NCBI GenBank assembly: GCA_046290465.1
Contig: JBKAGP010000001.1
Span: forward strand, 5,056,001 to 5,120,000
Direction of reading: 5' to 3'
Length of the DNA: 64,000 nt
Source: Planctomycetota bacterium
Lineage (GTDB): Bacteria; Planctomycetota; UBA1135; UBA2386
Under the pieces are notes generated by a model. It was not told where the DNA came from, made no database searches, and saw only the letters and a program-made list of their open reading frames with translations. The first letter of the stretch is position 1; the number at the start of each line of letters is the position of its first letter. Made by a program: the position numbers and the translations under genes. This document shows, piece after piece, positions 9,052 to 18,961 of the stretch.

Positions 9052-10448
9052 GCAATCCGATCACGCGACGGCATCTGTTCGGCAAGGGCGCCGCGGGCAT
9101 CGGCTCGGTGGCGCTGGCGCACCTGCTCGGCGAGGACGGCGACCACAAGCCGCGGCCGCACCATGCGCCGAAGGCCAGGCGGCTGGTCTACCTGTTCCAG
9201 AGCGGCGGGCCCTCGCAGCTCGAGACCTTCGACCACAAGCCGCTGCTGCAGGAGCTCAACGGCCAGGAGCTGCCGGATTCGGTCCGTCAGGGCCAGCGCC
9301 TGACCGGCATGTCCGGCAACCAGGCGACGCTGCCGCTGGCGGGCGCGCAGTTCCGCTTCGACAAGCACGGCGAGAGCCGGCAGTGGGTCAGCGAACTGCT
9401 GCCGCACACGGCGCGCATCGTCGACGAGCTGACGATCGTCAAGTCGATGCACACCGAGGCGATCAACCACGACCCGGCGATCACGTTCTTCCAGACCGGC
9501 TCGCAGATCGCCGGGCGGCCGTCGATCGGCTCGTGGCTCAGCTACGGGCTCGGCACCGCCAACCGCGAGCTGCCGGCGTTCTGTGTGCTGGTCACCAAGA
9601 ACAAGGGCGGCCAGCCGCTCTATGCGAGGCTCTGGGGCAACGGCTTCCTGCCGGCGACGCACCAGGGCGTGCAGTTCCGTCCGGGCAGGGATCGCGTGCT
9701 CTACCTCGCCGATCCCGACGGCGTCGACACGAACACCCGCCGGCGCATGCTCGATCGACTGCGCGAACTGCACGAGGCGTCGTGCGAACGCGACGTCGAC
9801 CCGGCCGTTCGGGCGCGCATCGAGCAGTACGAGATGGCCTACCGCATGCAGATGTCGGTGCCGGAGGTGACCGACCTGTCGGACGAGCCGGACTGGGTGT
9901 TCGAGCACTACGGCGAGGAGGCGCGCGATCCGGGCACCTACGCCGCCAACTGCCTGATGGCGCGCCGGCTGCTGGAGCGCGGCGTGCGCTGCGTGCAGCT
10001 GTACCACCAGGGCTGGGACCAGCACGGTGGGCTGCCGGGTGCGATCCGGCGGCAGTGCCGGGAGACCGATCGGGCGAGTGCGGCGCTGGTCATGGACCTC
10101 AAGGCGCGCGGCCTGCTCGACGACACGCTGGTCGTCTGGGGCGGCGAGTTCGGCCGCACCAACTACTCACAGGGCAAGCTGACCGACAACGACTACGGGC
10201 GCGACCACCACCCGCGCTGCTTCTCGATGTGGCTGGCCGGTGCGGGCCTGCGCGGCGGCTACGCGCACGGCCAGACCTGCGACTACGGCTACAACGTCGT
10301 GCAGGATCCGGTGCACGTGCACGACCTGCAGGCCACGATCCTGCACCTGCTGGGTCTCGACCACGAGCGCCTGACGTTCTTCTACCAGGGCCGCGACTTC
10401 CGCCTCACGGACGTGCACGGCAAGGTCGTGCACCAGCTCCTCGGCTGA
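9048..10448 (+). CDS. DUF1501 sulfatase-like protein with Tat-like N-terminus
   Basis: TRRHLF, GGPSQLETFD, GWDQH, WGGEFGRT, GRDHHP, RLTDVHG. ATGA overlap with the upstream gene. Confidence 0.92.
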   Translation: MSNPITRRHLFGKGAAGIGSVALAHLLGEDGDHKPRPHHAPKARRLVYLFQSGGPSQLETFDHKPLLQELNGQELPDSVRQGQRLTGMSGNQATLPLAGAQFRFDKHGESRQWVSELLPHTARIVDELTIVKSMHTEAINHDPAITFFQTGSQIAGRPSIGSWLSYGLGTANRELPAFCVLVTKNKGGQPLYARLWGNGFLPATHQGVQFRPGRDRVLYLADPDGVDTNTRRRMLDRLRELHEASCERDVDPAVRARIEQYEMAYRMQMSVPEVTDLSDEPDWVFEHYGEEARDPGTYAANCLMARRLLERGVRCVQLYHQGWDQHGGLPGAIRRQCRETDRASAALVMDLKARGLLDDTLVVWGGEFGRTNYSQGKLTDNDYGRDHHPRCFSMWLAGAGLRGGYAHGQTCDYGYNVVQDPVHVHDLQATILHLLGLDHERLTFFYQGRDFRLTDVHGKVVHQLLG

Positions 10449-10534
10449 TGCGATCGTGGCCACGCTGCGTTCGGCCACCCTGCATTCGGCCTGGTCGCGA
10501 GACCAGGCCGACCGGACCGGCGCTTCGCGTCGTC

Positions 10535-10868
10535 GCCAGGAGCGCGTCCATGTAGTGGACGCGCTGCCGACCGTGATCGCGGAAGCGGCGTGTACGCGTG
10601 CGGACGGGGCTTTGCCCACCAGGAGCGCGTCCATGTAGTGGACGCGCTGCCGACCGTGATCGCGGAAGCGGCGTGTACGCGTGCGGACGGGGCTTTGCCC
10701 GCCAGGAGCGCGTCCATGTAGTGGACGCGCTGCCGACCGTGATCGCGGAAGCGGCGTGTACGCGTGCGGACGGGGCTTTGCCCGCCAGGAGCGCGTCCAT
10801 GTAGTGGACGCGCTGCCGACCGTGATCGCGGAAGCGGCGTGTATGCGTGCGGACGGGGCTTTGCCCGC
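10535..10868. repeat. Four tandem 83-bp REP/BIME-like palindromic units
   Basis: AGCGCGTCCA starts at 10541, 10624, 10707 and 10790. Each unit has the hairpins AGCGCGTCCA-TGTAG-TGGACGCGCT and GGGC-TTT-GCCC. Lies between convergent genes. Confidence 0.92.
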
Positions 10869-12097
10869 TAGAGCACCGACATCTCCAGGCCGGGGGTGGC
10901 GCTGACGCCGAGCGGTGCGGTGGCGTCGAAGAAGCCGGCCTGCCAGAAGCCCTGCCACTGGTTGAACAGCGGCGTGTTGGGGATCGTCGTCGAGTAGGTC
11001 GCGTCGCCGTTGCCGTCGAGGGTCAGCATCACGGTCGGGTCGACGTCGATCAGCAGCGTGCAGTTGAGGATCGGCACGTTGACCATCTGGTAGCCGAGGC
11101 CGAGCGCGCCCATCGCGTTGGCGGGGCCGCCGGTGACGTCGATGGTGATCGGCGCGCCCGGGATCGGGCAGCCGGTGCCGGAGATCTGCGGCACGCCGCT
11201 GCCGCCGCCGCAGCCGACGCCGTAGGTCTGGTAGAAGCCGCACGCGGCGAAGCCGGTGACGACGATGATGCGGTTGCCGCCGCCGAACGTCGAGAACAGC
11301 ATGTCGCCGGTGACCGGGTCCGCGACGGCGCCCTCGGCGCCCGACAGGCCGCTCATCATCACGCGCCGCGTCGCCGGGATCGGGTCGCCGTTGCCGTCGA
11401 TGTCGTAGACCGCGAGCGCGCCGCTGCCGTATTCGGACACGATCACCGTCGAGAAGTCCGGCAGCTGCGGCGAGCCCGGCGGCGGGTAGAGGATGCCCTC
11501 CGGGCCACCGCCGATCGTCAGCGGCGCGGACACCGTGCCGACGTCGTAGGTGCCGGCGGCGTTGACGTTCAGGTCGACGGTGTACCAGGTGCTGGCGTTG
11601 TACGACGCCACCTTGAACTGCCCGGCGCCCGGCCAGCCGGCCGGCACGAACTGGCAGGTGCCGACGCTGCTGCTGACGCCGAACGGCGTCAGGTCGGTGA
11701 TCAGGTCCGGTGCGGTGCTGCCCGGCAGATGCTGCAGCAACGTGTTGTTGCTGTAGCCGGTCGAGAACAGCACGCCGCCGGGGCCGTAGGTCAGGCCGCC
11801 GTCGATGTTCGGGCAGCTCGCGAACATCGTCGGGGTGCCGAATCCGGTGATGTGCCCCTGCGCGTCGCGCGTCAGCGGCACCGCGTAGATGGCGCCCGCG
11901 GCGTTGTTGGCGTTGCCGCCGATCAGCAGCGTGTTGGGGTCGTTCGCCAGGAACGTCACGCCGCCGAGGTTGCTCGGCACGCCGGCGATCGAGCCGAGAT
12001 CGGTGTAGCTGTAGTCGACGTCGAACGGGGCGACGATCGTCTGGGCCGCGCACGGGGCGAGCAGCGTAGAGGTGAGTAGCAGGGTGCGGAGATTCAT
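10868..12097 (-). CDS. Secreted beta-propeller-like protein with conserved Cys-containing C-terminal domain
   Basis: Signal peptide MNLRTLLLTSTLLAPCAAQ; Gly/Pro-rich beta repeats. Confidence 0.8.
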   Translation of the reverse strand: MNLRTLLLTSTLLAPCAAQTIVAPFDVDYSYTDLGSIAGVPSNLGGVTFLANDPNTLLIGGNANNAAGAIYAVPLTRDAQGHITGFGTPTMFASCPNIDGGLTYGPGGVLFSTGYSNNTLLQHLPGSTAPDLITDLTPFGVSSSVGTCQFVPAGWPGAGQFKVASYNASTWYTVDLNVNAAGTYDVGTVSAPLTIGGGPEGILYPPPGSPQLPDFSTVIVSEYGSGALAVYDIDGNGDPIPATRRVMMSGLSGAEGAVADPVTGDMLFSTFGGGNRIIVVTGFAACGFYQTYGVGCGGGSGVPQISGTGCPIPGAPITIDVTGGPANAMGALGLGYQMVNVPILNCTLLIDVDPTVMLTLDGNGDATYSTTIPNTPLFNQWQGFWQAGFFDATAPLGVSATPGLEMSVL

Positions 12098-12205
12098 GGG
12101 GACCACGTGGAGTCGGGGGAGGACGATGCGTGCGTTGCCGCATCCGGCGGCAGCAACGTGCGCGGGCCGCCACCATTTTCGCTGGCGATGGTGCCGCCGC
12201 CGCGA

Positions 12206-14374
12206 TCAGTCCTTGTTGCCGACGACGGACACCACGGCGGGGCCCCCGCCGAGGCGGTGGTCGTGCTCGAACTCCAGCTCGCGCGGCGCATCGGTCCGGT
12301 ACTTGATGGCGTGCAGCGAAAGCCGATAGCGGCCGGGCGGGTAGCCGATGCGGGTGCAGATCGTCACCGCGTGCGGCACGTGCCCGAACTCGCCCGGCGC
12401 CGGGTGCACCGCGCGCAGCCGCTGGGTGTGGCCGTGCTCGTCGACGAGGTAGAGCTTCGGGTCGTGGCTGTGGTAGCTGCGTTCGGCGGCGCCCTCGATG
12501 CGCAGCCAGATCGGCGAGCCGACCGGCACGCGCGCCGGCACGGTCCGGGTGGTGCCGCTCGGCACGTGCACCCGCTGCAGCAGGGTCGGGTGCATCGACA
12601 GCAGGTGGTTGCGCTTGCCGGTCGGCGCGAACAGCACCTCGGCGAGCAGGTCGCCGGCGGGAAGATCCTGCACTACGCCGTCGGGTGGCAGCTCCAGCCA
12701 GTTGCCGCGCAGGCGGCCGAGGTCGAACTCGCGCGAGCGCAGGGCCGGCACGTCGACCGGCACGGCGGCGTCGTCGAGTCCGCGCGCGAAGCGCACCCAG
12801 GCCGAAGCGACCGGTGCGCCGTCGATGGTGGTCGGCTCGAAGCGCAGGCTGCCGGTCTGCGCGCGCGGCTCCAGCAGCAGCCGGACGTCGGCGCGGTGCT
12901 GGCCGGCTTCGATCATCGTCGCGGCGTAGACCGGGCCGGCGTTGCCGCAGCTGGCCTCGACGATGCAGAACGTGTCGGGCGCGACCTCGAGCACCGGCCA
13001 GTCGCCGTGGTTGCCGAAGTCGGTGTGTTCGGCGGTGGCGAGCAGCGCGAGCGACGGACCGACCTGCGCGAACTTCGCGGCGGCGACGCGGGCCTGCTCA
13101 CCGTGCCACATGCGGCAGCCGTAGTCGGCGTGCACGAGGCGGTCGCCCGCGGCGTCGACGACGTCGACGTAGAGCTGCGCCGGCAGCTCCGCGTCGTGCG
13201 TGCCGTAGACGTAGGCGACGTCGGTCATCTGGCCGGCGACGACGCGTTCGACCACCGGGTCGCGATCGTCGACGTAGACGTGGTAGGAACCGGCGCGCAG
13301 TCCCTGCAACGCAAACCGGCCGTCGCGATCGGTGTGCAGGTAGAACGCGCCGTTGCTCTCGGGGTTGAGCACGTCGTGGAACTCCGGCACCGCCAGTCCG
13401 TCGACGAACTCGATGTCGGGATCGCCGTCGTCGATGACGAACTGCAGCTCCACCGAGACGCGCGCGGCGGGGCGTCCGTCGGGCCAGCGGACGACGCCGC
13501 GCACACCCTGGCGGTGCGGTCGCAGCACCAGGTCGGGGCAGCGCACCTCCCCGGTGCCGGTGACGTCGACCGGGACCGGCCGCGCGCGGCCGTAGCGGTA
13601 GTCGGCGGTGACCAGGTGCACGGTGGTGGTGTCGTCGGGCACGCTGTCGAGTTCGAGTTCGAACGAACCGTCGATCTCGCTCGAGGCCCACGCCTCGATC
13701 TCCGGCGCGAGGCAGACGACGTTGGCCTGCGCGACCGGCGCGCCCGCAGCCGTGACGACCCGCCCTTTGAGCAGCCGGCCGCGCTCGACGCGCACGACCA
13801 TCACCCACGGCTTGCCGCTGGCGGCGGCATCGGCGACGTATTCGACGGCGATGTCGTTGCTGCCGAGCCAGTAGCCCTCGGCGTCGGCGACCACGTGCAG
13901 CATGGTCTCGCGGTGCTGCAGTTGCGGGAAGCGCAGCAGCGCGTCGAACGGCACCGCAAACGTGCCGTCCGCGCGCGACACGGTGTCGCCGATCGGCAGG
14001 TGCGCGCGGCGCCGTTCGTCCCCGCCGAGCTTCGCCCACATCGAGATGCGGGCGTCGGCGACGCCGCGATCCTCGTTGTCGAGCACGCGGCCGCGCAGGA
14101 GCCACCGTTCGTCGACCGTCTCGGCGGCGGTCGCAGCAGCGATGCGCTCGGGGGCGGCGTCAGGTGAGGACGCCGGAGGCTCGTCCGGGATCGTCGCGGC
14201 GTGCTGGCGGGTCGGGGTCGCGCTCGGCCCGGCGGTCGGCGGTGGGGCCGCGCGGTCGAACCAGCCGATCGGGTCGCAGGTCGCCGCCCAGCCCAGCGCG
14301 AGCGCGAGCGCGGCGAGCAGGAGCGCGATCCCGGCGGGTCGCCGGCTGCGGGGGCGGGCTCGAGGGGGCGTCAT
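12206..14374 (-). CDS. Membrane-anchored protein with carboxypeptidase-regulatory-like beta-sandwich domains
   Basis: N-terminal TM; repeated LRGRVLD..GxPVA..A and TDxDGxF motifs. Confidence 0.8.
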   Translation of the reverse strand: MTPPRARPRSRRPAGIALLLAALALALGWAATCDPIGWFDRAAPPPTAGPSATPTRQHAATIPDEPPASSPDAAPERIAAATAAETVDERWLLRGRVLDNEDRGVADARISMWAKLGGDERRRAHLPIGDTVSRADGTFAVPFDALLRFPQLQHRETMLHVVADAEGYWLGSNDIAVEYVADAAASGKPWVMVVRVERGRLLKGRVVTAAGAPVAQANVVCLAPEIEAWASSEIDGSFELELDSVPDDTTTVHLVTADYRYGRARPVPVDVTGTGEVRCPDLVLRPHRQGVRGVVRWPDGRPAARVSVELQFVIDDGDPDIEFVDGLAVPEFHDVLNPESNGAFYLHTDRDGRFALQGLRAGSYHVYVDDRDPVVERVVAGQMTDVAYVYGTHDAELPAQLYVDVVDAAGDRLVHADYGCRMWHGEQARVAAAKFAQVGPSLALLATAEHTDFGNHGDWPVLEVAPDTFCIVEASCGNAGPVYAATMIEAGQHRADVRLLLEPRAQTGSLRFEPTTIDGAPVASAWVRFARGLDDAAVPVDVPALRSREFDLGRLRGNWLELPPDGVVQDLPAGDLLAEVLFAPTGKRNHLLSMHPTLLQRVHVPSGTTRTVPARVPVGSPIWLRIEGAAERSYHSHDPKLYLVDEHGHTQRLRAVHPAPGEFGHVPHAVTICTRIGYPPGRYRLSLHAIKYRTDAPRELEFEHDHRLGGGPAVVSVVGNKD

Positions 14375-14636
14375 GGGCAGGCACTACTAGCACGCGGCGC
14401 GCGTGCGGTTGGCTTGGATTGTTGCCGCGGTGTGCCACCCTTGCGAATGCCGTGCCTGTCGCGGGGCGGGCCGGTCGAGGCTGACGCGTGGTTGCGTGGC
14501 CACCGGCGCGACGCGATCGACCGTGCTGGGGCCACGGTGAGCTGACGTTTCGTTTCCGGAACGACGCACGCCAGCCCGTCCAGGGCAATCGGTCGCGACA
14601 GGAACGTCGCCCGGTTGGCTACGTTGGCGCCTGCTC

Positions 14637-16451
14637 ATGCGAATCACACTCTCTGCCGTTCCGTTCCTGATCACGTGCTCGCTCGCAGCGCCGCTCGCCA
14701 CGGCGCAGGAAGCAGCCGCCGAGGCGAAGGCGACCGAGGCCGCCGAGGCGAAGCAGGAGCCCGAGAAGGTCGCGTTCCTGCGCCCGTCGGGTCTCTACTC
14801 CGATCTGCCCGAGGCCGGGTTCGACCCGACCAGCCTGCTGACCGGCGGCGGCGCGCAGCCGAAGGCGTTCTTCCCGTTCCTGCAGATGATCGAGGACCTC
14901 GCCGCGCAGCCCGGCGAGAACGTGCTGATCGACCTGTCTGCCGGTGCCGGCTTCAACCTCGCGCAGCAGCGTGAGGTCGAGCGCGCGATCGCGCGCGTGC
15001 GCGGCGCGGGCAAGCACATCACCTGCTACCTCGAAGGTGCCGGCATCGGCGCCTACCAGATCGCCGCGCAGTGCGACCGCATCCTGCTCGCCGACATGGG
15101 CGGCGTCGACCTGCGTTCGCCGGCGATGAACGTCATGCACTTCAAGGACGCGCTGGATCTGCTCGGGGTGCAGGTCGAGGTCACGCGCGTCGGTGAGTTC
15201 AAGGGCGCGGTCGAGCCCTACATGCTGCCGACGATGTCGAGCCACCTGCGCGAGCACTACCGCGCGATGCTGACGTCGATGAACGGCGACATCGTGCGCC
15301 GGATCGCGGCCGGCAGGAAGCTGTCGCAGAGCAAGGTGCGCGAGCTGCAGGAGCGGCGCATGTTCACCGCCAAGGAGGCGCTGCTCGAGGGGCTGGTCGA
15401 TCGGCTGGTGCCGTGGGAAGGAGCCAGGCGCGCGCTCGCGAACGTTCGCGGCGACGACGACTTCGAACTCGAGGACGTGGCGCCGCGCAAGAAGAAGAAG
15501 CGCCGCGACCTGATGTCGATGCTGACGAGCATGATGCGTTCGCAGAAGGAGGAGGAGATCGAGGATCCGGAGATCGTCGTGATGCACCTCTCGGGCCAGA
15601 TCGTCGACGGCAACGCGCCGTCGGCCGGCAGCATGGTCAGCGGCCCGTCGGTCGCGCGTCTCGACAAGCTCGCCGACAACGACCTCGTCAAGGGTGTCGT
15701 GATCCGCATCAACTCGCCCGGTGGTTCGGCGACCGCGAGTGAGGCGATCCGGCTGGCGATCGCGCGCCTCGCGAAGAAGAAGCCGGTGGTGTTCTCGATG
15801 GGCGAGATGGCCGCGTCGGGTGGCTACTGGATCACGGCGATCGGCGAGCCGATCCTGGCCGAGGTCGGCACGATCACCGGCTCGATCGGCGTGTTCGGCA
15901 TGCGCTTCCAGCCGGGTGCGCTGATGCGCCGCCTCGGCGTGCACACCGAGATCGTCAGCATCGACGACGGCCCGCAGATGGACGCGATGGATCGGCCGTG
16001 GACGCCCGAGGCGCGCGCCAAGATCCAGAGCGGCGTCGACGACGTCTACGACCGCTTCCTCGCGCTGGTCGCGAAGTCGCGCGGCAAGACGGCGGAGCAG
16101 GTCGACGGCATCGCCGGCGGCCGGGTGTGGTCCGGGGAGCAGGCGGTGCACAACGGCCTCGTCGACGAGATCGGCGGGGTCGACCGCGCCGTCGCGATGA
16201 TCCGCGAGCGCGCCAGGATCGAGGGCGACCTCGAGATCCGCCACATGCCGCAGCCGACCAACTTCGCCGACGCGTTCTTCAGCCAGCTGTTCGACGCCAA
16301 GGTCGAGACCACCGAAGGGGCGCTGCTCGAGACGCTGATCGCGCGCTGCGGCCGCTTCGGCGAGGTCGTCGCCGTCCTCCGCGAAGCCCTGACCAGTGAC
16401 GGCAAGGCGCGCATCTACGCGCTGATGCCCGCCGGCCTCCGCGTTCGCTGA
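14637..16451 (+). CDS. sppA: Signal peptide peptidase SppA (S49, long form)
   Basis: RVGEFKGAVEPY, RINSPGGSATASE, MAASGGYW, TITGSIGVFG, GRVWSG. Confidence 0.92.
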   Translation: MRITLSAVPFLITCSLAAPLATAQEAAAEAKATEAAEAKQEPEKVAFLRPSGLYSDLPEAGFDPTSLLTGGGAQPKAFFPFLQMIEDLAAQPGENVLIDLSAGAGFNLAQQREVERAIARVRGAGKHITCYLEGAGIGAYQIAAQCDRILLADMGGVDLRSPAMNVMHFKDALDLLGVQVEVTRVGEFKGAVEPYMLPTMSSHLREHYRAMLTSMNGDIVRRIAAGRKLSQSKVRELQERRMFTAKEALLEGLVDRLVPWEGARRALANVRGDDDFELEDVAPRKKKKRRDLMSMLTSMMRSQKEEEIEDPEIVVMHLSGQIVDGNAPSAGSMVSGPSVARLDKLADNDLVKGVVIRINSPGGSATASEAIRLAIARLAKKKPVVFSMGEMAASGGYWITAIGEPILAEVGTITGSIGVFGMRFQPGALMRRLGVHTEIVSIDDGPQMDAMDRPWTPEARAKIQSGVDDVYDRFLALVAKSRGKTAEQVDGIAGGRVWSGEQAVHNGLVDEIGGVDRAVAMIRERARIEGDLEIRHMPQPTNFADAFFSQLFDAKVETTEGALLETLIARCGRFGEVVAVLREALTSDGKARIYALMPAGLRVR

Positions 16452-16500
16452 CCCGGTCGGCAGGTCCGGTTCCGGGAGCAGGGCTTCCGGACCGGGTCAG
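16448..16500. terminator. Inverted repeat spanning the stops of two convergent genes
   Basis: CTGACCCGGTC (16448-16458) and GACCGGGTCAG (16490-16500). Confidence 0.55.
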
Positions 16501-17573
16501 AAGCCGATCTGGAGTTGCATGCCGTTGCTCCAGTAGGTGTCGCCGTTGAGGTCGATCGCGGCGTGCTGGACGAAGAACGTCTGGCCGGCGATGGCGGGCG
16601 GCAGCAGGATCGGCATGAAGAAGCTCGGCGCCGCGGCGCCCGTCGTGAAGCCGAGCTGCGACGCGTCGATGCTGACGTAGAGCGAACAACCGGTCGTGCC
16701 GAGCAGCGGGTCGAGGTCGAGCGGCAGCGGCACGTTCTGGTAGCTGGTGCTGCTGGTGCCGAGCAGGATCGCGCCCGCGATGCCGACCGTGGCGCCGGTC
16801 TGCGGGTAGCCGGTCGACACCGTCGACAGGTAGCTGCCCGGTTGCAGCGTGCCGGTCGCGCGCAGCTGCACGCCCTCGCAGCCGCTGCCGATCGGCACCG
16901 CGAACTGGCTGCGCTCGGCGCCGCGGAAGTAGTTCGGGCTGCCCGCGTACGGCGTCGCCGCACCGGTGGTCGGATCGATCGCGAACAGGTCGAGGCCGCC
17001 GCCGATCAGCTGGCCGTCGGAGCGCACGCTGAGCCACTGGATGTTCTGGCCGCCGAGCGGGCCGACGTCGGTCCACACCCCGGTGGCCGGATCGATCGTG
17101 CCGAGGCCGTCGGTCAGGCTCCAGCCGTAGAGCGTGCCGTCGAGCATCGCCATCGCCTGCACGGTCGCGCCGGTCGCGCCGAGGAACGTGCGCACGCCGG
17201 TGCTCGTGTCGATGCGCATCAGGCGGTAGTCGTCCGGGAAGAACTCGGCCGCATACAGGATGCCGTTGCCGCCGTCGGCCAGCGCGCGCGTGTCGCCGAT
17301 CGGCGCGATGATGGTCTGGTCGAACGTCGTGGTGTCGAGCCGCGTCAGGTAGTAGGTCGGCACGCCGAGCAGCGTGCGGGCGACGGTCCAGATGGTGCCG
17401 TTCTCGTCCCGCGCCATGGCGTTGTGTCCGAACAGGCCGGCGGAGACCAGCTGCGTCTCGCCCGTGAACGAGTCGAGCGTGTGGATCGAGCCGGTCCAGG
17501 TGACCGCGATCATGTCCTGGGCGGGAAGTCCGGCGAGACCGGTCAACAGGGCAGCGAGGATGGGGGTGCGCAT
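16497..17573 (-). CDS. Secreted beta-propeller protein with conserved C-terminal domain
   Basis: AAGGAGAG RBS; signal peptide MRTPILAALLTGLAGLPAQ; IDxxTG repeats. Confidence 0.82.
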   Translation of the reverse strand: MRTPILAALLTGLAGLPAQDMIAVTWTGSIHTLDSFTGETQLVSAGLFGHNAMARDENGTIWTVARTLLGVPTYYLTRLDTTTFDQTIIAPIGDTRALADGGNGILYAAEFFPDDYRLMRIDTSTGVRTFLGATGATVQAMAMLDGTLYGWSLTDGLGTIDPATGVWTDVGPLGGQNIQWLSVRSDGQLIGGGLDLFAIDPTTGAATPYAGSPNYFRGAERSQFAVPIGSGCEGVQLRATGTLQPGSYLSTVSTGYPQTGATVGIAGAILLGTSSTSYQNVPLPLDLDPLLGTTGCSLYVSIDASQLGFTTGAAAPSFFMPILLPPAIAGQTFFVQHAAIDLNGDTYWSNGMQLQIGF

Positions 17574-17640
17574 AGAGATTCTCTCCTTGGGGCCCGCAGA
17601 TAGCCGCGTCGGGCCTGGCCGTAACGCCTTGCCGGCCGGC

Positions 17641-17728
17641 CCTGGTGGGCAAAGCCCCGTCCGCACGCGTACACGCCGCTTCCGGGATCACGGTTGGCAG
17701 CGCGTCCACTCCATGGACGCGCTCCTAG
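17641..17728 (-). repeat. Single inverted copy of the 83-bp REP-like unit
   Basis: Reverse complement of the 10535-10868 unit with a few substitutions, abutting the udk stop. Confidence 0.9.
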
Positions 17729-18369
17729 CCGGAGATCGTCAGCGGCTCGTCGTCGAGGCGTTCGCGCAGCTTCTGCAGCACCGCCTGCGCCTGCTCGCGC
17801 GAACTCTGCCGCCAGTCGAGCACGATGTCGGCCGTGCGTCGCGCCGGCTCGACGAACTGCTCGTGCATCGGCCGCACCGTGTCGAAGTACTGCTGGATCA
17901 CCGACTGGACCGTGCGGCCTCGTTCGACGATGTCGCGCTGCACCCGCCGCAGCGCCCGCACGTCGGCCGGCGTGTCGACGAAGATGCGCAGGTCGAACGA
18001 CTTGCGCAGCTCGGGCACGGCGAGCAGCAGGATGCCCTCGCACAGGATCACCGGCCGCGCCTCGACCCGCCGGGTGTCCGCGGTGCGCGTGTGCGTCGCG
18101 AAGTCGTAGACCGGCCGGTCGATCGTCACGCCGCGCAGCAGGTCGCGCACGTGTCGTGCCAGCAGGTCGTTGTCGAGGCTGTTCGGGTGGTCGAAGTTGG
18201 TCCGCTCGCGCAGCGACAGCGGCCGGTCGCTGAGGTCGCGGTAGTAGGAATCGTGGTCGAGCACGCAGCAGCGCTCGGCGCCGAGCACGTCGACCAGCGC
18301 CCGTGTCAGCGACGTCTTGCCGCTGCCGGAGCCTCCGGCGATGCCGATCGCGAACGGTTTGCTGCGCAT
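17725..18369 (-). CDS. udk: Uridine kinase
   Basis: IGIAGGSGSGKTS, DSYYRD, NFDHP, PVYDF, EGIL, RDIVERGR, VRPMHEQFVEP. Confidence 0.95.
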   Translation of the reverse strand: MRSKPFAIGIAGGSGSGKTSLTRALVDVLGAERCCVLDHDSYYRDLSDRPLSLRERTNFDHPNSLDNDLLARHVRDLLRGVTIDRPVYDFATHTRTADTRRVEARPVILCEGILLLAVPELRKSFDLRIFVDTPADVRALRRVQRDIVERGRTVQSVIQQYFDTVRPMHEQFVEPARRTADIVLDWRQSSREQAQAVLQKLRERLDDEPLTISG

Positions 18370-18505
18370 GGCGTGGAAAGTAGCCCACAAGCGCCCGTGG
18401 CGGTGCACCGAACCCTGGCGGATTCTTGCTCGTCAAGGGGTTGAGCTTCTGCGCCGCACCGGCTTACTGTCCGGACGTCGGGGTCGCGCGGGTCGCGGCT
18501 CGGAC

Positions 18506-18868
18506 ATGCACCCGTTGAGCTACGATCCGTCGAACGTGTTCGCTCGCATCTTGCGTGGGGAGATCCCCGCCAAGGTCCTCCACGAGGACGAGCACTGCAT
18601 GGCGTTCCACGACGTCGCGCCGCAGGCGCCGACGCACTTCCTCGTCATCCCCAAGCAGCAGATCGCGTCGCTGAGCGACGCGACGGCCGATGACGCCGCG
18701 CTGCTCGGACATCTGCTGGTGACGGCCGCCAACGTCGCCCGGCAGCTGGGTGTCGAGGAAGGTGGGTCGAGGATCGTGATCAACAACGGCGCCGGTGCCG
18801 GGCAGACGGTCTTCCATCTGCACGTGCACGTCCTCGCCGGGCGTCCGTTGACCTGGCCGCCTGGATAG
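18506..18868 (+). CDS. hinT: Histidine triad (HIT/HinT) nucleotide-binding protein
   Basis: FARILRGEIP, AFHDVAPQAPTHFLVIPK, GQTVFHLHVHVLAGR. Confidence 0.93.
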   Translation: MHPLSYDPSNVFARILRGEIPAKVLHEDEHCMAFHDVAPQAPTHFLVIPKQQIASLSDATADDAALLGHLLVTAANVARQLGVEEGGSRIVINNGAGAGQTVFHLHVHVLAGRPLTWPPG

Positions 18869-18961
18869 CGGCATGGCGGGAGCACCATCACGGCCGGAGG
18901 CGCGTCTGTGCCCCTGGTCACGGGCCTCTGGGTCACGGGCCTCTGGTCAAGGCGAACAGCG

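Noticed and set aside
10535..10868. Possible CRISPR array
   Set aside because: The units are near-identical over the full 83 bp with no unique spacers, and no cas genes are present.
18916..18949. GGTCACGGGCCTCTG duplicated upstream of the TPR gene
   Set aside because: Only two copies; no evidence of function.
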